A stretch of DNA of 59,896 bases, the filler included. It is 5 parts of 5 records of this genome, joined end to end, with 100 filler letters (N's around TTAATTAATTAA, not from the genome) between each part and the next. Parts side by side here need not be neighbours in the genome. Positions count along the whole stretch, not along the records: positions 24,471 to 44,861 come from DRR723986_15165; 4 more parts are not named here. One strand, written 5' to 3'. The notes beneath the pieces are model-generated. The model was not told where the DNA came from and did not search any database. It worked only from the letters and a program-made list of their open reading frames with translations. Positions 24,787-35,330 of the stretch are shown one piece after another (the stretch's first letter is position 1; the number at the start of each line of letters is the position of its first letter). A program made the translations under genes and the position numbers.

Positions 24787-27708
24787 TCAATTGTTTGCTT
24801 CCTTGGCTCTGAGTTCAGTGCGTTCCATAGCGATTCGCATTTTCTCGAGTGCGGCTGTGTGCGCGGCTGAACCGGCTAGGTTGAGCTGTTCTACCGGATC
24901 GGCGGATAGGTCGTAGAGTTCTTCTCCGGTCGGCCACTTCGTGTAGTGATACTGCTGCGTTCGGATGGCTTTGCCTAGCGCTTGCCCGTTTGAGGAGCCA
25001 CGTGTGACTACCGTGTAAGCAAAGTCTTTGCCACTGCTGGCGGGGTCTCGAATCAGTGGTGAAAGGCTTTGCCCCTGGAGCTCGGACGGTGGATCTACGC
25101 CGCAGAGGTCTGCGAGTGTCGGGAACAAGTCAATCAACTCCACCAAGCCTTGACTCTGCGATCCAGGTTCGGTCGCGACATTGGTCACAGACTGAGGAAC
25201 GCGAATCACCAAAGGAACTCGATCGCAAGTTTCGAACAACATGACCTTGCCCCACATGAATTTTTCGCCCAGCAGATAGCCGTGATCCGACGTCAGCACA
25301 ACGATCGTATCGTCCCAGTGGCCGCTTTCCAGGAGCGCATCGAAAACGACACCGATTTGCGCGTCAATGAATGAGATACAAGCGTGATAGGCCTGCATAT
25401 AATTGCGACGCAAGTCATCGTTCTCTTGGCCGAACGTAAAACCGAATCCCTCATAGCGCCGCGTCTGTGCGATTTTTGGGACCGTGTTCCAAAACTCCAG
25501 CGATGCGGGCGTGAACTGTAATTCGGCCTTCGGATACATGTCGAAAAATCGGTCAGGCGCAAGGAACGGGACGTGTGGTTTTTGGATGCCACAAGCCATG
25601 AAGAACGGCTTGTCACCGTGAACGCTATTCTTCAGCCAATCAGCAATCTGCCTCGCGTTCTTGCCATCTTTGTGCTGGTCATCCCGCAGGCCTGTTGGAC
25701 CGTAGCCAGGTTGCTGCCCGCGAGTTTGTGGAGCGATTGTGGGGTAGAACTCGCGCCACAGTTTTCGAGCCTTGCCTGATTCGATCGAACCATGCTTGGC
25801 TTCAAACTCTGTGCGAATCTGAGTGACCATGGGCAATTCGTCATTATCGAATCGCGCTGTCTGGTGCCATGCAACCTGGCCAGGATCGACCTTCGTGTTG
25901 TGAAACACTTTGCCGACCGCGCCGGTCCAGTAACCGGATTCTTTGAAACGCTGCGGCATAGAAACCGTGCCCGGACGCACTTCTCGGATGTCGGACTTGT
26001 TATCGAGGATACCGGTCGACTGAGGATACAGTCCGTGCAGAAATGAAGCTCGCGATGGTCCGCAAACCGGGTACTGGCAGTAGGCTCGGCGGAACGTCAT
26101 GCCTGCGGCCGCGAGTTTGTCGAAAGCTGGTGTATGGATGTGCGGGTAACCTGAAGTGGAGACGTGTGTGTTTAAGTCATCGCAGACGATGAACAACACG
26201 TTGGGCTGTTTGGCTTGGCTCTCGTCCTTTCCCTTTCCCTTTCCCTTCGCCGCCTTCCTGGCCTTCATCTTTTCCTGTCGTCGTTGCTCGCGAATTTTTA
26301 CCCGTTCAATTTCACGCTTCGTCATGCCGGACGTTTCGGGCTTGGCTACCGACGGCTTCTCATTCTTCGGCGATGCACCGGTAATTGGTGCCGCCATCGT
26401 CGCAATCCACTTGTTGTAAGCTTGCTTAAGTTCCTGCACTTTCCCCGGTTGGCTCTGGGCAAGGTTGTTCATTTCGGATGCGTCCGTCGCCAGATCGATC
26501 AGCTCCAGATTGCCTTTGGCTTGATGCAGCTTCCAGTCGCCTTGCCGCACGGCCCAGTCATCGCTCGGGCCTTTGCTCCAGTAAAGCGTCTCGTGATGAA
26601 CAGTTGTTGCCCCAGTCAGCAGCGGCAATAAGCTTTTGCCGTCGAAGTCATTCTCCAGTGGCGTGTTTCCGATCGCGTCAAGTGCAGTAGGCAGGATGTC
26701 AAACGAAATGACGGGGGTGTCCACCGTTCGTCCACCTTCAAATTTGTCGGGCCAACTGACGATGAAAGGCGTCCGAATGCCTCCTTCGTCGAGCGACTGT
26801 TTGAATCCCCGAAGCGGTGAATTGTTGGCACTCATCGCTTTCGAACCACCATTGTCGGTCAGAAAGAATAGCAGCGTGTTGTCGAAGATGCCTTCTTGTT
26901 TCAGTTTTCCAACCACGCTACCAACACCATCGTCCAAGTGCTTGAGCATCGCCATCAGGATCGCACGTTCTTTGCTGATGCCAGGGAACCGAGCTTGGTA
27001 AGCTTTGATATCTTCTTCCGGTGCTTCCGCCGGAGCGTGGACCGCGTTGTAGGCCAGGTAGAGAAAGAACGGGTTGTCATTGTTACGGTCAATAAAATCG
27101 ACGGCCTCTTCGCTCAGCCGATTTGTGAGATATCCTTCGTCGTTGATGCGCTGCATATTGCGGTAGATCGCACCGGAGAACTTGCCGTCGGTATCGCTTC
27201 TCAGGTTGAAGTAGCTGTGTCCGCCTCGCCCCATGAACTTATAGCACTCATCGAATCCCCGGTTCATCGCGTGCCACTTTAGTTCTGGATAATCATCGTC
27301 CAGCCCCAGGTGCCACTTGCCGATCGCCGTTGAAACATATTCATCCGGCAGGAACCCGGGAAAGATCGTCTTCCCCGGATCAAAGCCACGACCACCGTCG
27401 CCGGCGCTGTAGACGCCAACGCGTTGCTGGTACCCGCCGATCATGAGTCCCGCACGAGTTGGCGAGCAAACATGTCCGCTGGTGTATCCTTGCGAGAACA
27501 CAACACCGTCGCCAGCGAGAGCGTCCATGTGCGGCGTCGAAACTTCCTTCGGATGCAGCGGATTCAAACTGATGTCCGCATAGCCCTGATCGTCCGTCAG
27601 GATGACAACGATGTTCGGCCGCTCTGCCTTTGGATTTTTGGCAGTGGCGAAACCGGAGCTGGCGACAGCGATTGTCGCCAAAACGAAGAGAATAAGAGGC
27701 TTTTTCAT
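24787..27708 (-). CDS. Tandem two-domain formylglycine sulfatase
   Basis: Signal peptide; domain 1 DDQG, CSPTR, GKWH; Lys/Arg-rich linker; domain 2 DDL, CGPSR, GKVFH, SDHG. Confidence 0.93.
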   Translation of the reverse strand: MKKPLILFVLATIAVASSGFATAKNPKAERPNIVVILTDDQGYADISLNPLHPKEVSTPHMDALAGDGVVFSQGYTSGHVCSPTRAGLMIGGYQQRVGVYSAGDGGRGFDPGKTIFPGFLPDEYVSTAIGKWHLGLDDDYPELKWHAMNRGFDECYKFMGRGGHSYFNLRSDTDGKFSGAIYRNMQRINDEGYLTNRLSEEAVDFIDRNNDNPFFLYLAYNAVHAPAEAPEEDIKAYQARFPGISKERAILMAMLKHLDDGVGSVVGKLKQEGIFDNTLLFFLTDNGGSKAMSANNSPLRGFKQSLDEGGIRTPFIVSWPDKFEGGRTVDTPVISFDILPTALDAIGNTPLENDFDGKSLLPLLTGATTVHHETLYWSKGPSDDWAVRQGDWKLHQAKGNLELIDLATDASEMNNLAQSQPGKVQELKQAYNKWIATMAAPITGASPKNEKPSVAKPETSGMTKREIERVKIREQRRQEKMKARKAAKGKGKGKDESQAKQPNVLFIVCDDLNTHVSTSGYPHIHTPAFDKLAAAGMTFRRAYCQYPVCGPSRASFLHGLYPQSTGILDNKSDIREVRPGTVSMPQRFKESGYWTGAVGKVFHNTKVDPGQVAWHQTARFDNDELPMVTQIRTEFEAKHGSIESGKARKLWREFYPTIAPQTRGQQPGYGPTGLRDDQHKDGKNARQIADWLKNSVHGDKPFFMACGIQKPHVPFLAPDRFFDMYPKAELQFTPASLEFWNTVPKIAQTRRYEGFGFTFGQENDDLRRNYMQAYHACISFIDAQIGVVFDALLESGHWDDTIVVLTSDHGYLLGEKFMWGKVMLFETCDRVPLVIRVPQSVTNVATEPGSQSQGLVELIDLFPTLADLCGVDPPSELQGQSLSPLIRDPASSGKDFAYTVVTRGSSNGQALGKAIRTQQYHYTKWPTGEELYDLSADPVEQLNLAGSAAHTAALEKMRIAMERTELRAKEANN

Positions 27709-27958
27709 TTAGTTAGCGTCCAAAATGTGCCGGACTGTTTTCGTGTTGAAGGGCTATTCGCCATGTATCAAATCGCCGAGCAGCTAGCTCAGTAACGCTT
27801 CATTAGAAGTAGATAAGTTGAAACTGATCCGGATTGGCTCTCACTGAGTTTATTGGGCCTTGCAGTTGAACGTCTCCGTAAGACGCATCGATATCGTTTC
27901 CGAACCCTCTGTTATCGGCCACGGTCAACCCATGGTCGACATTCCACGTTCTCCCTGA

Positions 27959-29752
27959 CTATTGATCCAAGGCTTCGTGACTATTTGACTTGGCTTTTTG
28001 GCGAGCTTTTCGACGTGCTTCGCGTTCGGCCTTTTTGGTTGCTTTGTCGTTCGGATCTGGTGCATCGGAGACTCCCAGATTCTTTTTCAATGCACTCGGC
28101 ACTGTCACCGTTTTACCTTTGATGTCGAGTTGTTTGACAATTTCGATTTGCTTTTCGATTTGACCGGGCGGCGCGGCGTTGCCGCCGGGGATGAATTCTC
28201 CGAATGGACGACCGATGGCTTCAAGGTCTCGCTGCAAGATGTTGCGCATTGTTTTCAGACGAGCGGCCTGAGCGGGTTTGTACGCCAGGTTCTTTATCTC
28301 TTTTGGGTCACGCTGCAGGTGGTACAGTTGATCTTCATCGAAGAAACCCGGGCGATCGGCACCTCTGACTCCGATGCCCAAACGTCCGATGTACGACATG
28401 GCTTTGGGCAGGTTCTGCGGCGCGGCATTCTTGATGGCAGCGATTTGTTCTTTGGTGTGACGAACGGCAATGTAAGACCAATCTTTCGTAACGGCTGCCC
28501 TCGCGGATCCCATTTCCAGGTACAGGTGGTCGCGCCAATCTTCGACTGTTTCCCCTTCGAAAAGAGGAGTAAGGCTTCGCCCATCGATTTGGTACGACTC
28601 AGGCTTTTCCGCTTTGCCAAGATCTAAGAACGTCGGCACGAGATCGATGTTCTGTACGAGTGCTTCGCATTTCTGGCCTGCCGGGATTCCGTTTGGCCAA
28701 CGCATGATCATGGGGACCTGGCAAGCACCGTGGGAAAACACAGAAGCCTTGCCATCGCGACCGTGATCGGGCGCAAAAACCACGAGCGTGTTGTCGTCGA
28801 TCCTCAGTTCCTTCAGCTTTCTGAGAATTGCCCCGAGTGAATCGTCGATCCACGCTTCGCCAGCGACATGGCTCTCGGGATCGAAACCCTTTTCGGCGAC
28901 CGTTTTGAGCAGCTCTGCACGAGGTGTCATGACCTTTGGAAGATTTTCCACGACTTCACCTTCGCCGGTAATCATCGGGTGGTCCATGGACTTTCGCCAG
29001 GACCGATCCGGACCGTGTAGCAGCGTGCTGCAAAGATGAAGGTAAAACGGGCCGTCTTTGTTCTCTTCAATGAACTCCAACGCAGCTACTGTCGTCCACT
29101 CTGGATTGTGCGAAGAATATGGCGATCGCACGTTCTCTGGGTAGACGTTCTTTGCCCAGGAGAAGCCCAGTGCTCGAAGGTATCGCCGCATCCAGAGTTC
29201 GTTGTGCTTGAACTGATCCGATGTTTCAGCGCCTGGGCGCGCGTCTTTGGGAATGTTGATCCATTTGTCTTTCCCCTTATAAAACTCCGGGAAATCCAGC
29301 TCTGAAGTCAGGTGGAATTTTCCGACAAACCCGGTCGTGTAACCGGCTTCTCTGAGCAGATTCCCGACGTTCATATTGTCGCGTTCCAAAGCAACATTGA
29401 AATTGGGAAGCCCTTGATTCTGCTTTCCGCCTACCGCATCGGCGTACAGCTGGCTATGCGAGTTACCGGCAAACCGTCCTGTCAGAAAACTATAACGCGA
29501 AGGAGTGCAAACGGAGCTGCTGACGTAGGCGCGAGTGAACATCATTCCTTCGGCAGCCATGCGGTCGAGATTCGGTGTGTAGGTGTCGCCTCCGAACGCA
29601 GCGATGCTGGATGGATTCTGGTCGTCAATCAGAAACATGATGATGTTGGGGCGTTCGGCGGCGGACACAGACTGCCAATTGGAGATGAGAGAGAGTAAGA
29701 CGAGCGTGAGACTGCGAAGCATAGTTCGTTTTGTAAAGCAGGGGTGCATCAT
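27959..29752 (-). CDS. Sulfatase
   Basis: PNIIMFLIDD, CTPSR, GKFH, PDHG; basic C-terminal tail. Confidence 0.93.
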   Translation of the reverse strand: MMHPCFTKRTMLRSLTLVLLSLISNWQSVSAAERPNIIMFLIDDQNPSSIAAFGGDTYTPNLDRMAAEGMMFTRAYVSSSVCTPSRYSFLTGRFAGNSHSQLYADAVGGKQNQGLPNFNVALERDNMNVGNLLREAGYTTGFVGKFHLTSELDFPEFYKGKDKWINIPKDARPGAETSDQFKHNELWMRRYLRALGFSWAKNVYPENVRSPYSSHNPEWTTVAALEFIEENKDGPFYLHLCSTLLHGPDRSWRKSMDHPMITGEGEVVENLPKVMTPRAELLKTVAEKGFDPESHVAGEAWIDDSLGAILRKLKELRIDDNTLVVFAPDHGRDGKASVFSHGACQVPMIMRWPNGIPAGQKCEALVQNIDLVPTFLDLGKAEKPESYQIDGRSLTPLFEGETVEDWRDHLYLEMGSARAAVTKDWSYIAVRHTKEQIAAIKNAAPQNLPKAMSYIGRLGIGVRGADRPGFFDEDQLYHLQRDPKEIKNLAYKPAQAARLKTMRNILQRDLEAIGRPFGEFIPGGNAAPPGQIEKQIEIVKQLDIKGKTVTVPSALKKNLGVSDAPDPNDKATKKAEREARRKARQKAKSNSHEALDQ

Positions 29753-31311
29753 TCTGTTCCAGCAGCTTGATAAAGATTAGCGATTTCATCTGCAGTGAGC
29801 GCTCGATCGAACAACACCAGTTCATCGATTCGTCCATCCCAAAGTCGCTGCCGCTGAGACGAGGTTCCTATCCAAAGTTTACTTGGCTTGCAGGAACGAA
29901 TCGAAGGACAGGGTTTTGATACCATTTGAGCTCCGTTCCGGTATATGCTTAAGTGTTTTCCACCGACGGTCAGAACGACGAATTGCCAAGAGCCGAGCGG
30001 CAAGGGGTTTGGATCATTGACGTTCACTTGCTCGTTTTCATTCGTCGCGATCACTCCCGTTAAGCGTCCAGTGCGATCAAGCGACAAAGTGAATCGACCG
30101 TCTCTATCGGAGGCGTCCGTAACCACGGTGCCGCCTGGAGGCCGGCTATCGGCATAGACCCATGCCAGCAAGCTGAAGTCGGGGCCGCTGAGTTGAGGTG
30201 GATTGTCAACACGTGCCCCGCGCCCGACAGAATCTGCTCCGATACGCAGTGCCCCCCCGACGATCCCCGGTGCAAAGGCGGGCCGGGTGCCTTTGCCAGT
30301 CAGTACTTCGCCTGCGTACTTATTGGGGCTGCACGCCAGTCCTCGAGTTCGAATTGGCATTCGATAGTACGCCACGCATCCAAGCTGCTTTACCAACAAG
30401 GGGTATCTTTTCTGAGGCTCGTGAATACTGCGGATGAACCGATCCGTCGCCAGGTCGATGCCGGCTGGTTGTTTCGTGCCGTCAGAAATCCGAATCGCTT
30501 GTTCGGTCCGCAAATCAATCGCATCGGACTGCCTGAAGCCGATTTCCGTTTTTGGCTTCACCTGCACGTGGCCGCTAAACACGTGCACTTCGCTCTTCTC
30601 GCTGCCGACTTCAACAGAAAACTCCGTGCCAAAGTCGACCACGTCAGCCTCGGGCGTCTCGACGGTAAACCCGATTCCTTCAGGAGGCACGTTGGCGGAG
30701 AGTCGTCCTGTGTGAAGAACAAGTCGCTGCGCACTGACCGCGTCGAAGCGAGCAGGTGCCTCGATCAGGGCAGAGACTCCAGACGCAAACTGAATTTCAA
30801 CGAGCCCGCGTTCGATTTCGTAGCTGCCAATCCGCACCTCAGTTGTCTCCCACGGCACCGAATCGGCTGTCACGACCGCGTCAATGCGGCTCGCAAACTG
30901 AGCGATCACGGAGCCAAGTTCGGTTGGCTGGATAACATCGCCGCGGTCAGAATTCCACACGGCGTACCGGCCAACGACGGCAAACAAAAACATCGCTGCA
31001 AGCGTTCCAAGGATCGTCGTGACGCGTGTCCATCGAATGGCATACGGTTTTGACGAAACAATATCTGGAATCGGCTGCGCAGGATCCGCCATAACAAGCC
31101 CATGTTCCCATGACAGCGCCGCATGTGTTTCGCAGAAATCGAGATACAACGTTTGCGCCTGCGAATCGCTACTCAATCGCTCGACCAAACGACCACGATC
31201 GCTTTCGCTGAGTTCGCCGTCGAGGAGATTGGCGAGCAATTCCTGGAATTCGCTATCGGCAGAATTTGAAGACTTCACGTCAACCGCTCCTGCAATTTTC
31301 GGTTCACGCAA
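29749..31311 (-). CDS. FecR-like anti-sigma factor with C-terminal LamG/ConA domain
   Basis: N-terminal anti-sigma-like region, TM helix, GFTVETP..VVDFGTEFSV, GRIDELVLFDRALT. Confidence 0.88.
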   Translation of the reverse strand: MREPKIAGAVDVKSSNSADSEFQELLANLLDGELSESDRGRLVERLSSDSQAQTLYLDFCETHAALSWEHGLVMADPAQPIPDIVSSKPYAIRWTRVTTILGTLAAMFLFAVVGRYAVWNSDRGDVIQPTELGSVIAQFASRIDAVVTADSVPWETTEVRIGSYEIERGLVEIQFASGVSALIEAPARFDAVSAQRLVLHTGRLSANVPPEGIGFTVETPEADVVDFGTEFSVEVGSEKSEVHVFSGHVQVKPKTEIGFRQSDAIDLRTEQAIRISDGTKQPAGIDLATDRFIRSIHEPQKRYPLLVKQLGCVAYYRMPIRTRGLACSPNKYAGEVLTGKGTRPAFAPGIVGGALRIGADSVGRGARVDNPPQLSGPDFSLLAWVYADSRPPGGTVVTDASDRDGRFTLSLDRTGRLTGVIATNENEQVNVNDPNPLPLGSWQFVVLTVGGKHLSIYRNGAQMVSKPCPSIRSCKPSKLWIGTSSQRQRLWDGRIDELVLFDRALTADEIANLYQAAGTE

Positions 31312-31796
31312 TCGACAATGGCAGCACGAGCACGAAAGAGAGCCTGCTTGACCGCTCCGGTCGTTCGGTCCAGCGCCTTGGCGATCGCGGCAATGTCAAA
31401 ACCGTCCTGATACCGGAAGCTGATCAACTCCCGTTGGCGGTCGCCAAGTTGCGACAAGCACTCACGAAGCAAATCCTGTCGTTCTTCAATCGTATCGTTT
31501 CTCGCCTCGGCAGCACGCGCAAGATCGGCGGTCAGCAAATCATCGAATATCAAACGATCCCGTGAAGTTCGCTTCCGATGAGCCATCACTTGATAAAAGG
31601 CGGTCTTGAGCATCCATGCCGAAAAGTTCGTCCCGAGCTGGAAGTCAGCGGATTTTTTCCACAGGATGGTGTTCGTTTCCTGCATCACATCCCGAGCCTG
31701 TTCCGGATCGCCAACCAGCGACAACACGTAGGCAAACAATCGCCCCTGGTGGGACGTCAGCAATTGTATAAATTCCAGCTCCGAATCGGACATCAA
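31275..31796 (-). CDS. ECF sigma factor (planctomycete/verrucomicrobial type)
   Basis: HQGRLFAYV, DVMQETN, NFSAW, region 4 AVKQALFRAR; overlaps the anti-sigma gene. Confidence 0.92.
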   Translation of the reverse strand: MMSDSELEFIQLLTSHQGRLFAYVLSLVGDPEQARDVMQETNTILWKKSADFQLGTNFSAWMLKTAFYQVMAHRKRTSRDRLIFDDLLTADLARAAEARNDTIEERQDLLRECLSQLGDRQRELISFRYQDGFDIAAIAKALDRTTGAVKQALFRARAAIVDCVNRKLQERLT

Positions 31797-32281
31797 GCCC
31801 TCCAGTTGAGTTCCTCTGCATAGTAAATAGCCGAATACGCGTCGCGGTTACGCCAAATGCCCGATCTTTCTCAATGCCCTAAGAAACTAATCGCACTGTT
31901 CACACAACATCTGGCAACTCTCGAGAGATAGCTCAAAACGAAACACGCGAACGCTGAGAACGCATTTAGATCACTTAAAACCAGACTAGAGACGGTCATC
32001 TACGAAGTCACGGTGACCCGAAATCACGGTGACACGAAATCGCCCGAAGGCCCCGCGTCTTGTTCCAGCCAACTGAGCGAAAAGAGACAAGAGAGCCCTA
32101 ACGTTGATCCAGTGCAACACTACCGCGGACTTCAAATGTAGCAAGCACAAGATCAACAGACTGCGTCTTGAGAAAGAGCTGTGCTTTAGTTCGATTCGTC
32201 GATCGTCTTGGCAAAACGTCTGACGTGACTCAAGCCGCGCGGGCACACTGAATCCCTAGAATATCAATCATCCGCACCGTC

Positions 32282-33313
32282 TTACAGACGCAATCCGCCG
32301 CCGATGCCAACGAAAAAATCGTCGGATTCGCCGGTTAGCCCTAAGCCGGTTCGAACGTCCAGGACAAAATCATCGGTGACATAGTAGTCGACTCCGATGT
32401 TGTAGAAGACCTGCTCAAGGTTTTCTTGACGGCCCGATGTGAACAGCCCGTAGAACTCGCTGTAGAAGGTAATCGATTCTGTCAATTCCGCGCCGATCGC
32501 CGCTGATTGTGACCACAGATTAAACGCATCCTCCGACGGCGGCTCTCCCAATAGTGAGAATTCTGCCAAGCCATTTGTCGAGTAACCGGTTGAGCCATAG
32601 AGCTCGAACCATTCGCCCATTGGCCAGCCATAGATGTAGTCAATTCCGAACTCAACGCGATTCGTCGAGAACTCTTCTCCGGCAGTGGGGGCAGTGAACC
32701 TCAACTCCAGAGCACTCTCTGGTCGCCAGGCGATTTGTTCGTCGTATTCACTGATGCCAAGTTTGAACGCCCAACGCAGGTCCTCTGTGCCGCTCTGCGA
32801 CTCCTCACCTGACTCCCAGACGTAATTCGTCCGCAAGCGAAACTCAATATTCTCAGTCAAACCAAGACGGATCAGAGTCTCGGGCGCTGTATGCGCTTGC
32901 TCAATTGTCTCGTCTCGATCGGTATAGAAGTAAGTGTAACCGAACTCGCACTGAGCCCCGCCGCGGCCAACGGTTTCAACCGACTGCGTAAAGTCGTGTC
33001 GCTCGGTCTCGATACGTTGCGTATTGTACCGCCTGGCGCGTTGACGTCCCGCGCGCGGTGAACCTTGGACGATCTCGGCAATATCGTCTAAGAACAGCGG
33101 ACGAAAGATCGATCTAGATGATGCACCGCCCTGTAGAAGGGCATGCTGCGCGGGGGCGAGCTGGGCACCACAGTGCACGAGCAACAATGCAAGCAAAAGA
33201 GTGCATCTGCGGACTGTGGAGACGACCGCCATTGCCTGCGTCAGTGTTTTTCGCATCGCTTGCCCCATCCTACGGCTCTCGAGTTCGGCGTCCCAAAGAA
33301 GAACTGCTATCAA
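32282..33313 (-). CDS. Putative outer-membrane beta-barrel ('transporter', MetA-pathway-like); start uncertain
   Basis: IETERHDFTQS, PETLIRLGL, amphipathic strands, C-terminal DDFFVGIGGGLRL. Confidence 0.7.
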   Translation of the reverse strand: MIAVLLWDAELESRRMGQAMRKTLTQAMAVVSTVRRCTLLLALLLVHCGAQLAPAQHALLQGGASSRSIFRPLFLDDIAEIVQGSPRAGRQRARRYNTQRIETERHDFTQSVETVGRGGAQCEFGYTYFYTDRDETIEQAHTAPETLIRLGLTENIEFRLRTNYVWESGEESQSGTEDLRWAFKLGISEYDEQIAWRPESALELRFTAPTAGEEFSTNRVEFGIDYIYGWPMGEWFELYGSTGYSTNGLAEFSLLGEPPSEDAFNLWSQSAAIGAELTESITFYSEFYGLFTSGRQENLEQVFYNIGVDYYVTDDFVLDVRTGLGLTGESDDFFVGIGGGLRL

Positions 33314-33545
33314 GACAACTTTGGGGCGTTAGAAGCCTAATCGGGAGTTCTCAGCCGCCCTCCGCAGGATCATTTGAATCCACTCAAAATTTACGCAAGA
33401 TTAAAGCCATCGACGCTGCCCCCCGAGCGCAAAGAACTCTTGCCGTGTCTCATGGCTAGAACGCTTTCGACGTGCCGCTCAGGTCAAGTCACGACCAACG
33501 TTCGACTCTACGCGTTGGCCAAGCACTTGGAACGCACAAGCAGGA

Positions 33546-35192
33546 TCAACGGGCAGAATCTTGGATGAATTGGTCGCGCCGTGTTCTCCAAAGTTCCGCC
33601 ATCGCGGCGACACGTTCTGGATACTGTTCGGCGAGATCATTTTGTTCGGCGCGATCATCGGCCAGGTTGTAGAGCGACCACTTCAGATCATCGAAGGCAG
33701 AATCTTCCGCGTCGCCGTGTTTCTTCGATCGCACAATGGGGCTTGGCACAGCATGGACGATCTTCCAATCACCCTGCCGCAGGGCGCGATGGCCATCGTG
33801 GCTGAACCATAGTTCGTCATGCAGCGTGGCCTCATCTGATACGAACGTCTGCCGCAAACTTTTGCCACTCATCGCCGGCCGGTCACCAGCATCGGCTAGA
33901 CTGACACCAGCAAGATCCAGGACTGTCGGAGTGATGTCAACAACGTGCGCCTGGGTGCGACGGAACTGGTTGCGTGACGCAATGCCGGCAGGCCAGTGAA
34001 CAATGAAAGGCGTCGAAACACCACCTTCGTGAACCCAAGTCTTGTGACGACGGAATGGCGTGTTCGCGGCACTAGAGAACCCTGGCCCCAAGCATAGGTA
34101 CGTCGCCGCTGATCCCATCGGAGCTTCCGGATCATGCCCATCGCCGCGGACCATGATTTCAGCACTCGCGCCGTTGTCCGAGAGGAAGCAGATGAAAGTG
34201 TTTTCAAGCTGTCCCATTGATCGAATCTGTTCAACGATTCGCCCGATTTCTCGATCCATGCGGTCGATCATTGCCGCATGAATCGCCATCTTCTTGGCTT
34301 GGAATTGTTGCTGCTGATCACTTAGGCCATTCCAAGGCAGTGGACGATTAATTTCACCGGGGCCCAACTGCTCGATTTGCTCCGGGAATGCATAGGGTGG
34401 TCCCAATTCAGGCTCCAAAGCAGACAACTTTGCATCGTGAATTCCCAAGCGAAGCTGCCGAGTGTGACGCTGCTCGCGCAGGCGATCCCATCCGTCGGTG
34501 TACTTGCCTTCATACCGCGCGATGTCCTCTGGCAGTGCATGAAGCGGGAAGTGCGGCGCGTGAAACGCAACGTATTGAAAGAACGGCTGCTTGGCGAATT
34601 CAGAAGCGTGTTCTTGCAGGCACTCGACCGCATGGTCTGCCGTAGCGATCGTCCTGTAAAATTTCTCGTCGCGGTTTTCACGTTTCAGAGCGTCGAAGAA
34701 CCCGTGACCTTTGCTTCCAGGGTTCGAACGATCGAAACCACATTTGAGAGGATCACCGTCGATGTGCCACTTCCCCGAGTGATACGTTCGGTAGCCCGCG
34801 GGCTGCAAATACTGAGCGATCGTCTTGGCCCACTTCGGCCGCTTTCCACCGTTCCCGAATCCCGCCGGAGTCCCCGGTGCACTGTCACGCCTAATCTGCT
34901 GCGGATAGTAGCCAGTGACCAACGCCGATCGAGTTGGCCAGCATCGTGCGGTGTTGTAAAACTGCGTGTACCGCAAACCGCCCGCCGCCAAGGCATCTAG
35001 GTTGGGAGTTGCAATCTCGCCTCCGTAACAGCCCGCATCTGAGAACCCCATGTCGTCAGCAATGATGACCAGAAAATTGGGTGACGCACCGCGAGCGTTT
35101 GTGCTTGACGCGCCCAACAGGAGAATCATTGAAAACGTGAAAGCCAATTTGCTTAAGCCGAGCATTGGGAATTTCATGGGGGTTTGGTTCAT
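33546..35192 (-). CDS. Arylsulfatase; start uncertain
   Basis: ADDMGFSD, CWPTR, GKWH, SDNG. Confidence 0.93.
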   Translation of the reverse strand: MNQTPMKFPMLGLSKLAFTFSMILLLGASSTNARGASPNFLVIIADDMGFSDAGCYGGEIATPNLDALAAGGLRYTQFYNTARCWPTRSALVTGYYPQQIRRDSAPGTPAGFGNGGKRPKWAKTIAQYLQPAGYRTYHSGKWHIDGDPLKCGFDRSNPGSKGHGFFDALKRENRDEKFYRTIATADHAVECLQEHASEFAKQPFFQYVAFHAPHFPLHALPEDIARYEGKYTDGWDRLREQRHTRQLRLGIHDAKLSALEPELGPPYAFPEQIEQLGPGEINRPLPWNGLSDQQQQFQAKKMAIHAAMIDRMDREIGRIVEQIRSMGQLENTFICFLSDNGASAEIMVRGDGHDPEAPMGSAATYLCLGPGFSSAANTPFRRHKTWVHEGGVSTPFIVHWPAGIASRNQFRRTQAHVVDITPTVLDLAGVSLADAGDRPAMSGKSLRQTFVSDEATLHDELWFSHDGHRALRQGDWKIVHAVPSPIVRSKKHGDAEDSAFDDLKWSLYNLADDRAEQNDLAEQYPERVAAMAELWRTRRDQFIQDSAR

Positions 35193-35330
35193 TGGTGGGC
35201 TACCCAAGGTATCGGATGTCATGAAGTCGTCGGGAACTCGCTTGCGTTTGTCTGCGAAGCGGGACGGCGCAGTATACAATGCTGCCATTGGCTAGTAGCC
35301 ACGACACACATTTATCTTCCTGGCAATTCG

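Noticed and set aside
27998-35000. Long antisense ORFs in contig D (27998-28627, 30193-31053, 34377-35000)
   Set aside because: GC-rich codon shadows of well-supported opposite-strand genes
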